A stretch of 64,000 bases of DNA, from NCBI GenBank assembly GCA_964016885.1, contig OZ024751.1, positions 50,654,001-50,718,000 on the forward strand, given 5' to 3'. Positions 12,354-28,079 of the stretch are shown here, piece after piece. Below the pieces are notes generated by a model, which saw nothing but the letters and a program-made list of their open reading frames with translations, searched no databases and was not told where the DNA came from. A program made the translations under genes and the position numbers. The first letter of the stretch is position 1. Each line of letters starts with the position of its first letter. This DNA is from Eledone cirrhosa. Its lineage: Eukaryota.

Positions 12354-12430
12354 ATATTGTATTTTGTCTGATGAAGGCATAGCATATTGTTAATATGATA
12401 TCCCCGAAATATATATAATGAAATAAATAT
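12354..12430 (+). ncRNA. Type I hammerhead ribozyme
   Basis: Stem I ATATTGTATTTTGT/ATGAAATAAATAT; CTGATGA 12368-12374; stem II with CATATT/AATATG; GAAA 12406-12409; palindromic ATATATAT; cleavage predicted after 12417. Confidence 0.82.
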
Positions 12431-12562
12431 GGTTTTATAAATATAGTTTTCCATTTATTTAATATTGTAAATATACTCCAAATATTTGTCGAGTGCTTTT
12501 ATATCAGTTATAAATATTTACTAGTTGTAACCCAACAATTTTAAATATAACTTTACATGTAT

Positions 12563-13803
<1,241 letters not shown>

Positions 13804-14102
13804 TGAAACAAAATGAAAACGAAATTTCATTTCTCACTCTTAGTATGGCACTTACTTAAATGTAAGTATGCATGTATACGTACATACATATATGTATACA
13901 GACGTACAGTAGCATGCACACATATATATATACATATATACATACATATGCATACAGGTACACATACATATATGCACGTATCAGTTTAGCGGCGCTTATT
14001 ATAACGTCGCTTTGTTCGTTTGTAAACAAACTGAACAGCCTGAATTTATGCCATACGGTGTTAAGGCAACCACGTCACCTATTTGTTCAACACTGACACA
14101 GG

Positions 14103-14147
14103 AACGATGTACTAGTTTCAAGCTTGTTAGCTATCATCAGCACCGTT
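14103..14147 (-). ncRNA. Minimal type I hammerhead ribozyme
   Basis: AACGGTG CTGATGA tAGCT aaca AGCTt GAAA CTAG TA / CATCGTT. Confidence 0.88.
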
Positions 14148-14576
14148 TACCCATCTGCCAGATAGTTGAACGTTCGAAAGTATATACTTTCCTTATGAAA
14201 ATTAACGGCTGAGCAGCCTAATTTGCATATTGAGTGAGTTAAATCGGTCAGGCATACCGAAAACGATAAATTGAAACAAAATGAAAACGAAATTTCATTT
14301 CTCACTCTTAGTATGGCACTTACTTAAATGTAAGTATGCATGTATACGTACATACATATATGTATACAGACGTACAGTAGCATGCACATATATATATATA
14401 TATATACATATATACATACATATGCATACAGGTACACATACATATTTCCACGTATCAGTTTAGCGGCGCTTATTATAACGTCGCTTTGTTCGTTTGTAAA
14501 CAAACTGAACAGCCTGAATTTATGCCATACGGTGTTAAGGCAACCACGTCACCTTTTTGTTCAACACTGACACAGG

Positions 14577-14621
14577 AACGATGTACTAGTTTCAAGCTTG
14601 TTAGCTATCATCAGCACCGTT
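14577..14621 (-). ncRNA. Minimal type I hammerhead ribozyme (second tandem copy)
   Basis: Identical to 14103-14147. Confidence 0.88.
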
Positions 14622-14678
14622 TACCCATCTGCCAGATAGTTGAACGTTCGAAAGTATATACTTTCGAACGTTCAACTA

Positions 14679-18002
<3,324 letters not shown>

Positions 18003-18133
18003 ATACATGGAAAGTTATATTTAAATTGTTGGGTTAACAACGAGTAAATATTTATAACTGATATAAAAGCACTCAACAAGTATTTGGAGTATATTTATGA
18101 TATTACATAAATGGAAACTATATTTATAAAACC

Positions 18134-18210
18134 ATATTTATTTCGTTATATATATTTCAGGGATATCATATTAACAATATGTTATGCCATCTTCAGACAA
18201 AATACAATAT
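18134..18210 (-). ncRNA. Type I hammerhead ribozyme (CUGAAGA variant)
   Basis: Reverse complement of 18353-18429. Confidence 0.8.
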
Positions 18211-18352
18211 AAACAGTCTTATAAATAAATAGATACGACATACCTTTCAATCACCTTGCATTTGTGAGGTTGATTTGGCAGTTGCCAAATCAACCTCACA
18301 AATGCAAGGTGATTGAAAGGTATGTCGTATCTATTTATTTATAAGACTGTTT

Positions 18353-18429
18353 ATATTGTATTTTGTCTGAAGATGGCATAACATATTGTTAATATGATAT
18401 CCCTGAAATATATATAACGAAATAAATAT
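18353..18429 (+). ncRNA. Type I hammerhead ribozyme (CUGAAGA variant)
   Basis: ATATTGTATTTTGT CTGAAGA ... GAAA TATATATA / ACGAAATAAATAT; G-U to G-C compatible change in stem I relative to family B. Confidence 0.8.
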
Positions 18430-18483
18430 GGTTTTATAAATATAGTTTCCATTTATGTAATATCATATATATATTATATATAT

Positions 18484-18515
<32 letters not shown>

Positions 18516-18521
18516 ATATAT

Positions 18522-18553
<32 letters not shown>

Positions 18554-18638
18554 ATATATATTATATATATATATATTATATATATATATATTATTTATAT
18601 ACAATATTAAATAAATGGAAAACTATATTTATAAAACC

Positions 18639-18715
18639 ATATTTATTTCATTATATATATTTCGGGGATATCATATTAACAATATGCTATGCCTTCATCA
18701 GACAAAATACAATAT
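18639..18715 (-). ncRNA. Type I hammerhead ribozyme
   Basis: Same sequence as 5153-5229. Confidence 0.82.
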
Positions 18716-19080
18716 AAACAGTTTTATAGATAAATATATTCGACATACCGTAATAAACATCAACTTCATTTGAAGAGGTTCACTCTAGCAGTGAAAATAC
18801 AGAGAGAAAGAAAGAGAGAGAGAAAAGAGGGAAATAGGAAAGAAAGAAAGACAAAACGAAGAAAAGGAAGAAAAAGAAGAAAAAGAAAAAGAAGAAATGC
18901 ATGGGACAAAATAGAGAGATGGGAAAATAGATAAAGCGAAGAGCTTCATGTAAAGAGACAGAAAGAGATATATATATATATAGAGAGAGAGAGGAAGTAG
19001 AGATAGATACATATATAAATATAGATATAGAAAAATTAGGTAGTGGGAGGTCATTTTGAGTAAGTGTATCAATGATGCAT

Positions 19081-19119
<39 letters not shown>

Positions 19120-20248
19120 GCTCAAGTATTAATGTAAGGGAGATATATAGAGAGATATAGAGAGATATAGAGAGAGAAAAAATTTAAAAATAGCCAGACA
19201 TATTCGAGGCGTAGAAAACCCTACGTTTTAATGTATTAGTATTTATAAAACTTACACTATATTGTAAATATCAGTATTCCTGAATGAAACAAGTATTCAC
19301 AATGCGTGAAAATTCATTATCTTATGTTTAGTTTTTTAAAAAATTCATATGTCTATGTGAATCCAACTGATTCACTCCGCAAATTCAAAGTTACCGGAAA
19401 ACATTCTCAATGTGGTATAAAAATTTGAGCGTATTATTATTCTTGCGATTACTCTAAAAGATTATCTATCAAGCAGAAATAGAGAGCAGATTTCAATATA
19501 CTAATCGAAAATATATATTATATTATAAGCAGAGATAACAATAATAATGATAATAAGTAAAAATATATAAAAAAAATATAAAAATATAGAATAGAAAACT
19601 AAAAAAGAATATTACGAAAGAATATTACATAATAAAAATATTGCATATTAAAAATACTACGTATTAAAAATATTACGTATTAAAACTTTACATATAAAAA
19701 TATTAAAAATAAAAATTTACATATAAAAATATTAATAAAATAAAAAATATTATAGAATACTACAATACTAAAAGAATAAAAATAAAAATAAAAATAAAAA
19801 TAAAAATAAAAATAAAAATAAAAATAAAAATAAAAATAAAAATAAAAATAAAAATAAAAATAAAAATAAAAATAAACCACAAAGAACAACCCTTCAAAGT
19901 TAATTGACAATATATTGCCAAGTTCACTACAAGACAAAGCCAAAAATTATCTATCAAATCACATCTAGCAAGGAATATCGCAAAAAAAGATTATGATGTC
20001 CAATAATGTCTACATATGTTCCTATATTTAATATATAAGTTTATCAAGTGTAAGGTTAATTCAAAAAATTTGGAGCATCGGCTTTTAGGGTAGCTTAATT
20101 TTTCATGAGGAATGTTTAGATAAAAATAAAAATAAAAATAAATAAAATAAAATAAACAATAAAAAGAGTAAAAAGAGGGAATCAAAGATTTAGGAATCAA
20201 AAGATTTATCGGCTAGTTCTCATATAAATATAAATCAAACTAAATATA

Positions 20249-20496
20249 CTACATTTTAAATTTAAATTTATATTTAAACGTTGAGTTTAATCTATGTTTG
20301 CAACAACTGAATAAATTTGTCCGTAGGTTAAGGGAATTTTTAGATTTTAGTATAAAGAATATCTCCTCTGCGCAGAGGTCACATGTCTCAGAGGATGAAT
20401 TAAAAGGAATCCCTCTTGAGACTATATTCCAAGCCGTCGAATATCTAACGTTATCTAGCTTAAGTTGCCAGAGTACACCTGATAGTGCCGTTGAAG
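20249..20496 (-). pseudogene. C-terminal fragment of the PLE GIY-YIG region
   Basis: STALSGVLWQ...CDLCAEE...CKHRLN matches the end of the 737-aa ORF. The N-terminal part of the called 112-aa ORF is read-through from the inverted arm. Confidence 0.9.
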
Positions 20497-20877
20497 TATA
20501 TTGAAATCTGCTCTCTATTTCTGCTTGATAGATAATCTTGTAGAGTAATCGCAAGAATAATAATACGCTCAAATTTTTATACCACATTGAGAATGTTTTC
20601 CGGTAACTTTGAATTTGCGGAGTGAATCAGTTGGATTCACATAGACATATGAATTTTTTAAAAAACTAAACATAAGATAATGAATTTTCACGCATTGTGA
20701 ATACTTGTTTCATTCAGGAATACTGATATTTACAATATAGTGTAAGTTTTATAAATACTAATACATTAAAACATAGGGTTTTCTACGCCTCGAATATGTC
20801 TGGCTATTTTTAAATTTTTTCTCTCTCTATATCTCTCTATATCTCTCTATATATCTCCCTTACATTAATACTTGAGC

Positions 20878-20916
<39 letters not shown>

Positions 20917-21281
20917 ATGCATCATTGATACACTTACTCAAAATGACCTCCCACTACCTAATTTTTCTATATCTATATTTATATATGTATCTATCTCTAC
21001 TTCCTCTCTCTCTCTATATATATATATATCTCTTTCTGTCTCTTTACATGAAGCTCTTCGCTTTATCTATTTTCCCATCTCTCTATTTTGTCCCATGCAT
21101 TTCTTCTTTTTCTTTTTCTTCTTTTTCTTCCTTTTCTTCGTTTTGTCTTTCTTTCTTTCCTATTTCCCTCTTTTCTCTCTCTCTTTCTTTCTCTCTGTAT
21201 TTTCACTGCTAGAGTGAACCTCTTCAAATGAAGTTGATGTTTATTACGGTATGTCGAATATATTTATCTATAAAACTGTTT

Positions 21282-21358
21282 ATATTGTATTTTGTCTGAT
21301 GAAGGCATAGCATATTGTTAATATGATATCCCCGAAATATATATAATGAAATAAATAT
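21282..21358 (+). ncRNA. Type I hammerhead ribozyme
   Basis: Same sequence as 12354-12430. Confidence 0.82.
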
Positions 21359-21603
21359 GGTTTTATAAATATAGTTTTCCATTTATTTAATATTGTAAAT
21401 ATACTCCAAGTATTTGTCGAGTGCTTTTATATCAGTTATAAATATTTACTAGTTGTAACCCAACAATTTTAAATATAACTTTACATGTATTATTTATATA
21501 TATATTATATATATATATATTATAAATATATATATATTATATATATATATATTATATATATATATTATATATATATATATTATATATATATATATTATAT
21601 ATA

Positions 21604-21641
<38 letters not shown>

Positions 21642-21713
21642 TATATATATATATATTATATATATATATATTATATATATATATATATATATATTATGTT
21701 TATATATATATAT

Positions 21714-21745
<32 letters not shown>

Positions 21746-21813
21746 ATATTATATATTATATATATATATATTATATATATATATATTACATATTATATAT
21801 ATATATATTATAT

Positions 21814-21861
<48 letters not shown>

Positions 21862-22100
21862 ATATTATACATTCTATATTCTATATATATATATTATATA
21901 TATATATTATATATATATATATATTATATATATATTATATATATATATATTATATAATATATATATATATATATTATATATATATATATATTATATATAT
22001 ATATATTATATAACTTTGAATAATAACTTTGAAATGTTTTGGCTAGTATTGGCCCAGGCCATGTCTAACTTAATAGCACCACGTGGCGAAGTCTTTCAAT

Positions 22101-25100
22101 TCAGGATTTGGGCACCATGGCCCATTCGAGAAGAGAATTACTGTTTGCGGAGACATATCCGGGTGTGGGTGGTTTGTCCGGGATTACTTGGAGGAATTTG
22201 TCCAAAGACTTCATGAATTTTGTGTGGTCAGTTTCTGTTTTGACGTGTCCTGGTGTGATGTTGAAGAGAGCAGGGCCGATTGAGGTGAAATAATTGTGCC
22301 GTATTGTTGTTATGAGTTGCGATTTAGATTTTTGAATGGGACGGATAGCACGGGGCCCAAGCCTTGGGTGTATCTTGAAGGCGATGCCAACATCATTTGG
22401 GCAGTGATGATGGAACATTTTCCACATCATGCAGATAATATAACGCTCACGGCGACGTTGGAGTGAGTAAAGTTTCAGGTTTTCTAGTCGACCCCAGTAG
22501 TCAAGGTCTGACATGCCATCTATCTTTTTCGTGATTGCCCTTTGAGGAGCTTCAAGTGTCATGATACTTTGTTTCGAGTGGGGAGACCACAGTGGACAAC
22601 AGTATTCAAGGTGTGGTCGGACAAAAGTAGAGAAGAGAAGGATAATGGTGTGGGAATCTCTCGACTGGAAGGTTCTGAGGATCCAGGAACACATTCTGCG
22701 GGCCATGTCAACTTTGCTGCTTATATGCGTGGCCCAGCTTATGTTGCTGTCCACGGTTACTCCCAAGTCTCTGATGTTGTTAGATGCCACGAGAGTTTCC
22801 CCGGAGGGAAGGGAGTACGGGAGTTTCAGAGCATCCTCTTTTCCAAAGTAGATCAGTTCGAATTTGTCTTCGTTCAGTAACATGTTGTTCTTTTCCGCCC
22901 ATTGGGTAACAGCCAGTAGGTCTGACTGAAGTTTTATCCGGTCATCCACGCCATTGATGACCTTTTGGAGCTTGGAATCATCAGCGAAAATTTTAATGTT
23001 GCTGTGTTTGATGATGTCAGTGATGTCATTAATATAGATGATGAAGAGAAGTGGGCCCAACACAGTGCCTTGTGGGACCCCACTACTGACTTTGGCTGGG
23101 CTGGATTTGACTCCTTCAACTACAACATGTTGGGTTCTATTTGACAGGAAGCTCTTGATCCACTGCAGCAGCTTTCCAGTGACACCAATATTGGACAGCT
23201 TTCTCAGTAGAATGTTATGATCAACCCTGTCAAAGGCCTTGCTGAAATCAAGGTAGATAACATCAGTGTTGGAACCCTCTCCCAAGGCTCTCAAAATGTC
23301 ATCAAAGTGATGCAGTAGCTGCGTCAGGCAATCCCTTCCATTACGGAATCCATGCTGGTTGGAGTTCAGCATATTGTTACTCTCAAGGAAGTGGGTCATT
23401 CGCGATCTCACCACTCTCTCAAATACCTTAATGATATGAGAGGTGAGTGAGATTAGACGGTAATTCACGGCAAGGGATTTGTTTCCCATTTTGAAAACTG
23501 GGACAACAGACTGGGATAGAAGGTTTTCTGGCACATATCCAGCATCCAGTGAGTTCCGCCACAGATTGGCAAGAGGAGATGCAAGTTGGTGTTGACACGC
23601 CTTCAAGACACAAGCAGGGAACCTATCGGGACCTACTGCTGAATTATGCTTGATTTCCTTTATTGCCGCCAAGACATCAGGGGCGCCAAACTTTATGTCC
23701 GATAAGGTGTAATGGGGAGTAACATCGCCGATACAGCCCAGATCGGCCATATCAGGATTGCTGAAAACAGAGCAGTATTGTTTCTGCAGTATCTCACCCA
23801 TGGTTTTAGCATTGTCTTGAAGAGTGCCATTTTCATCAATTAGAGGGCCAACAGTAGAGCCAGTGATTTTGTGTTTTTTTGCAAATGAAAAGAACACTTT
23901 GGGATTGAGTTTGATCTTCTCAATGGCCCAGGCCTCTTCAGCTCTTCTCTGATTGTTGATGAGGGACATTATGTTGTTTTGGAGGTTATGTTTTTTAATC
24001 TCTAGTGATGAAATGGCAGTCAAGTTGATGTGTTGCTGCTGACAGTATTTCAGCTTGTTGATTTTTTTGTTCGTTCTCTTAATTTTTCTGATGAGCGTTT
24101 TTCTATTTCTAGGGATTCTGCTCTTAGATTTGTTTATAGTTCTTAATGGGGTGTGTTTTGCACATATGTTTGTAACAGTGTCCACAAATGTCTGCCAGGA
24201 CTTTTTGATGTTAGTGGGTGTATGAGTGTGCGTGAAGGACCAGTCGACATGTGCAAGATCATGACTGATCGCTTCCCAGTTTGCATTGTGGAAATCCATA
24301 GCGTCAAACGGATGGACAGAAGAGATGACATTGGGTTTGTATATTGGATGGTGGAATCTCAGATCACAGAGAACCATGTCATGATCAGAGAGTAGAGTTT
24401 TCTCCACTGCAATATTGTGGATATTGTCAGTGTGATTGCTGAAAATTAAGTCTAGGACGTTTTTGTGGCACCTCGTTGGTTCGAGCACCAGTTGGGATAG
24501 GAAGAAATCATCCATGAAGTCAAGAAGCGATTCCACTGCTTCCCTGTCAGAGGTTGAGGCAGAAGAACCTGGTGGCAGGCTGTTTGTGGACCAGTCAACT
24601 CCGGGGAGGTTGAAGTCCCCCATCATTAAGATGTTGTCAGGGTGACACTCTTGGATGAAACACTTTATGCTGTTGAGGCATTCCTTGAAGCATGGTACAG
24701 GCGTTTGGGGTGGCCTATAGAGCCCAACTACTATTAGGTTGTTGGTTTGACTAAATACAGTGACTGCTTCACAGTATCCATTAGTGAATATGTTCATAGC
24801 TTCTGTTGAGAAAGAATTATGGACATAAATGGCAGTTCCGCCCTTTCTTCTGCCAGCGCGATCAGCACGGATGGCTTTGAAATTTTTCACTTTCACCTCG
24901 GCTTCCAAGTGGAGGTTACTGAGATGGGTTTCAGTGAGGACGAAGAAAGGGATGTGGTTTGGATGGACATCAATCCAGTCCTCCAGGAATTTGATCTTCC
25001 ATTTTTGAGTATTGGTGGAAGGGCTGATGCCTTGGGCGTTAAGCAAAAATGTAGAGGCGAGAGTGGATGGTTTTAATTGTTTTGGTGTGTTGTTAATTTG

Positions 25101-25121
25101 TTTGTTTGTTAATGGCAGCAA
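22101..25121 (-). CDS. LINE ORF2: apurinic-like endonuclease + reverse transcriptase (1006 aa)
   Basis: NAQG, LTETHL, YRPP, GDFNLP, LDLIF, SDHD (APE); LDFSKAFDRVDH, GVPQGTVLGPLLF, FADD (RT); RPHLEYC..WSP and RL..L.L.SL..RR typical of CR1-group C-termini. Confidence 0.95.
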   Translation of the reverse strand: MLPLTNKQINNTPKQLKPSTLASTFLLNAQGISPSTNTQKWKIKFLEDWIDVHPNHIPFFVLTETHLSNLHLEAEVKVKNFKAIRADRAGRRKGGTAIYVHNSFSTEAMNIFTNGYCEAVTVFSQTNNLIVVGLYRPPQTPVPCFKECLNSIKCFIQECHPDNILMMGDFNLPGVDWSTNSLPPGSSASTSDREAVESLLDFMDDFFLSQLVLEPTRCHKNVLDLIFSNHTDNIHNIAVEKTLLSDHDMVLCDLRFHHPIYKPNVISSVHPFDAMDFHNANWEAISHDLAHVDWSFTHTHTPTNIKKSWQTFVDTVTNICAKHTPLRTINKSKSRIPRNRKTLIRKIKRTNKKINKLKYCQQQHINLTAISSLEIKKHNLQNNIMSLINNQRRAEEAWAIEKIKLNPKVFFSFAKKHKITGSTVGPLIDENGTLQDNAKTMGEILQKQYCSVFSNPDMADLGCIGDVTPHYTLSDIKFGAPDVLAAIKEIKHNSAVGPDRFPACVLKACQHQLASPLANLWRNSLDAGYVPENLLSQSVVPVFKMGNKSLAVNYRLISLTSHIIKVFERVVRSRMTHFLESNNMLNSNQHGFRNGRDCLTQLLHHFDDILRALGEGSNTDVIYLDFSKAFDRVDHNILLRKLSNIGVTGKLLQWIKSFLSNRTQHVVVEGVKSSPAKVSSGVPQGTVLGPLLFIIYINDITDIIKHSNIKIFADDSKLQKVINGVDDRIKLQSDLLAVTQWAEKNNMLLNEDKFELIYFGKEDALKLPYSLPSGETLVASNNIRDLGVTVDSNISWATHISSKVDMARRMCSWILRTFQSRDSHTIILLFSTFVRPHLEYCCPLWSPHSKQSIMTLEAPQRAITKKIDGMSDLDYWGRLENLKLYSLQRRRERYIICMMWKMFHHHCPNDVGIAFKIHPRLGPRAIRPIQKSKSQLITTIRHNYFTSIGPALFNITPGHVKTETDHTKFMKSLDKFLQVIPDKPPTPGYVSANSNSLLEWAMVPKS

Positions 25122-26270
25122 TGGGAGTTTGTGCAGTGGGGTGATAGTGGAGGGTGGTGCTGGGTGATAGCTCGAATGTTTTTTTCCAGTTCTTTTGCCA
25201 GATTCATTATGGCTAAAAAAGAGGAAGAAGTTTCCTGTTTAGAAGACTGTTGGTGACTGTGGTAGTGGTTATTTTTATGTAGGTTATGGTTTTTGTTTTT
25301 GCTTTTATTTTTAATTTTATTTTCATTTGTCCGACGGGTCCCCGGGAGATGGGTAAAGGGACAATCCCGGTCTAAACACAATCTGTCTCGCAGGGAAAAG
25401 CGGCAGATTTGTGGATTCCCTGTTTGAGTTATTGGTGGTTGTGTTGGTGTTAAATTAGAGTATGTATTATGGTGGTGGCTGTTTGTGGGGATAGATCGTT
25501 TTGTCTAGGTAAATGGGTCAATTTGCAGCCACTATCCGTACATATTCTATAGCGTAGAGAGTAGCGGCAAATGATGGGTTTCGAGTGGGTGGGTATGTGG
25601 GTGTGTGTGTTGTGAGAGGTGTAGATGATGGTTTGAGTAGGATTTGACGACCTTTGTGGACTCTGGGAGGGAGAGTTCTTGTTCTGGTATTAGAAGGTAA
25701 ATTCCTTGAAATAGCAGTAGCCAAAGATGTTGTAGTAGTAGTAGTAGTAGTAGTAGCAGAGAAGATGTGGCAGTGTTGATGATTGGACTGCTGGGCCAGA
25801 GAAAGGATGTGGCGTTTCCTGCTGTGAGACAGCGGCTACTGGGAGGTCAATAGTTTCATTAGTAGATCGGCCATTGTTGATGAATCAAGGAGTGGTTCAC
25901 ACTGTTGTCGTTGTTGTTGTTGCTGTTGTTGATGTTGTTGTTGCTGTTGTTGTTGTAGCTGTTGTTGTTGTTGTTGCCGTTGTAGGCTGCTGTTGTTGTT
26001 GTTGCTACTGCTGGACAGCATTCGAAGAAAAAACACACCCGTAGTTTATCCAAATGTTTATTGATTAATTTAAAAGCAATTTCGATTTGCTTTAATTTAT
26101 TTTGAATCTGTTGTTCAGATCGAGTTTTCAAAAGTTGAACTGTACGTTTAGCAATGTCGTTCAGACATGAAGCATCTATGTCTTCTGTTTGGGTAAGGCA
26201 ATGCCATGTGTTTATTAGAATGTCGATTTCATTATCAGACAGTTCTGTTTGGATTTTTGCTGGTTAGCCA
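25109..26270 (-). pseudogene. Disrupted LINE ORF1 with two CCCH zinc-finger-like motifs
   Basis: CRYSLRYRICTDSGCKLTH (~25570-25513) and CRFSLRDRLCLDRDCPFTH (~25408-25350) lie in different frames, with a stop between them; (CAA)n tract at 25905-26005. Confidence 0.65.
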
Positions 26271-26387
26271 TTCTAGTTTTGAGTGTGTGTGTTTTAGTTA
26301 AGTATTTCAATATATATATAATTTTTTAATTTATTTTTTTTTGTTTTTCTTGTGTGTGAGTGAGAAGAGTATATATATAAATATGAG

Positions 26388-26420
<33 letters not shown>

Positions 26421-26421
26421 C

Positions 26422-26455
<34 letters not shown>

Positions 26456-26652
26456 TGTATATTCTGGTTATTTGAAATTAATTAAATTAATGAAAAGACG
26501 AAAGTATATAATAATAATTTGTAGTTAAAGGAAAATGTACTCACAAGTGGAAATATTATATATATATATTATATATATATTATATATATATATATAATAT
26601 ATATATATATATTATATATATATAAATATATATATATATATTTATATATATA

Positions 26653-26740
<88 letters not shown>

Positions 26741-26905
26741 ATATATTATATTATATATATTTATATATTATATATATATATATATTATATATATATATAT
26801 ATATTATATAATATATATATTATATATATTATATATATATATATATATTATATATATATATATATATATTTAATATATATATTATATATATAATATATAT
26901 ATATA

Positions 26906-28015
26906 CAAGCAGTAAAGCTCGGCGTTGCTCGGGGTCGCTCAGTAGCTGTGTTAAAGTTACAATGTTAAGTTTTTTTCTTGGCTTAAAAACTGTAGTGTCT
27001 ACTGTGCAGACTTGCATGTGGTGTTTTTGATTAATATTCCCTCAACCAACAATATGCCTTATGAAGTTAAGAAAACATAACGATAACCCGAATGTTATAA
27101 CAAAAGAGGATGCTGGGGATAGAAACTGCACTGGTTATTTATTAACAAAGATCGAAAATGTAAACACTGCAACGCAGAGAAAAACATTAGCGTAACCAAA
27201 TTATCAGTTATGTCTGTCTGCACGCCTATATCACCTCTCTGCACGACTGTCTGTCTGCACGCCTATATCACCTCTCTGCACGACTGTCTGTCTGCACGCC
27301 TATATCACCTCTCTGCACGATTGTCTGTCTGCACGCCTATATCACCTCTCTGCACGACTGTCTGTCTGCACGCCTATATCACCTCTCTGCACGACTGTCT
27401 GTCTGCACGCCTATATCACCTCTCTGCACGACTGTCTGTCTGCACGCCTATATCACCTCTCTGCACGATTGTCTGTCTGCACGCCTATATCACCTCTCTG
27501 CACGACTGTCTGTCTGCACGCCTATATCACCTCTCTGCACGACTGTCTGTCTGCACGACTGTCTGTCTACACGACTGTCTGTCTGCACGCCTAACGACGA
27601 AATATTTGCTTGTTTTACGTAGTCTTTAAATAGACTTGTTTTCAAGTAAAAAATATTGTTTTAAAATGCTTTTAAATGGAATGAAGCAAAACGGAAGCTT
27701 AGTGTTCAACTGTTCGTGTATTGTGTTAATGTCATTTTAACGCTGAGAAAGCCAGCGTAATTTTTTTACGTAAGACGCTCAATGTAAACAGAACAAAGGG
27801 AAATAACTGATCACTTACGCTCAAAAATCGATACATTATATTCAATTTCGTCACATAGGGTGGGTCAATTTAAAATTTTTTTTTTTCCGATGTCTTCGCT
27901 AGGGCTCAATGTACAAGTCTAGCAATTTCGGTGCAATTCCGTGAGAGATTCTAAGAGGAGATGTGTGCCAAAAATCGATAGACAGACAGACAACCACAGC
28001 TTTGTACTATATAGA
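26906..28015 (-). mobile_element. Probable non-autonomous Helitron
   Basis: Minus strand starts A|TCTATAT followed by (TGTC)n and ends with degenerate hairpin CCCGAGCAACGCCGAG then CTTG|T (CTRR-like variant). Inserted between A and T in (TA)n. Confidence 0.62.
27211..27592. repeat. 37-bp minisatellite (~9 copies plus partials)
   Basis: Unit CTGTCTGTCTGCACGCCTATATCACCTCTCTGCACGA. Confidence 0.95.
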
Positions 28016-28038
28016 TATATATATATAATATATATATA

Positions 28039-28079
<41 letters not shown>

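Larger units (their letters stand above)
5114..12562. mobile_element. Penelope-like retroelement (family B, probably Hydra clade): full-ORF copy on + preceded by an inverted 5'-truncated copy on -
   Basis: Inverted arms 5114-8547 and 9033-12469 are near identical (ORF stops at 6704 and 10876 are symmetric). 485-bp spacer carries the 5' UTR and ORF start. Hammerhead in each arm; (TA)n flanks. Confidence 0.95.
13798..14678 (-). mobile_element. Non-coding hammerhead retroelement (retrozyme-like), ~1.85 tandem copies of a ~468-bp unit
   Basis: Unit starts at 13798 and 14266 are near identical. One minus-strand hammerhead per unit, no credible ORF, (TA)n flanks, fold-back at the right end. Confidence 0.85.
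18003..18467. mobile_element. Miniature palindromic PLE pseudo-LTR insertion (family-B-related subfamily)
   Basis: Inverted arms 18096-18280 and 18283-18467 around a 2-nt centre (TTGGCA-GT-TGCCAA). The left arm continues ~93 nt as tail to ...CATGTA. Confidence 0.9.
18600..21489. mobile_element. Truncated head-to-head PLE family-B insertion
   Basis: Minus arm 18600-20496 (ORF C-terminus + 3' UTR) is joined through an AG microhomology to plus arm 20495-21489 (distal UTR + tail). Inverted identity 18600-19502 vs 20495-21397. Confidence 0.92.
22011..26370 (-). mobile_element. Near full-length non-LTR retrotransposon, CR1 group
   Basis: Intact APE-RT ORF2, disrupted ORF1, short 3' UTR ending in two TTCAAAGTTA repeats, (TA)n flanks. 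5' limit approximate. Confidence 0.88.

Noticed and set aside
26461-26556. ~95-bp non-TA island between TA tracts
   Set aside because: No match elsewhere in the window and no complete motif; probably a fragment of another element but unassignable.
27211-27592. CRISPR-like 37-bp repeats
   Set aside because: Repeats are contiguous with no unique spacers, no cas genes, and a eukaryotic context.
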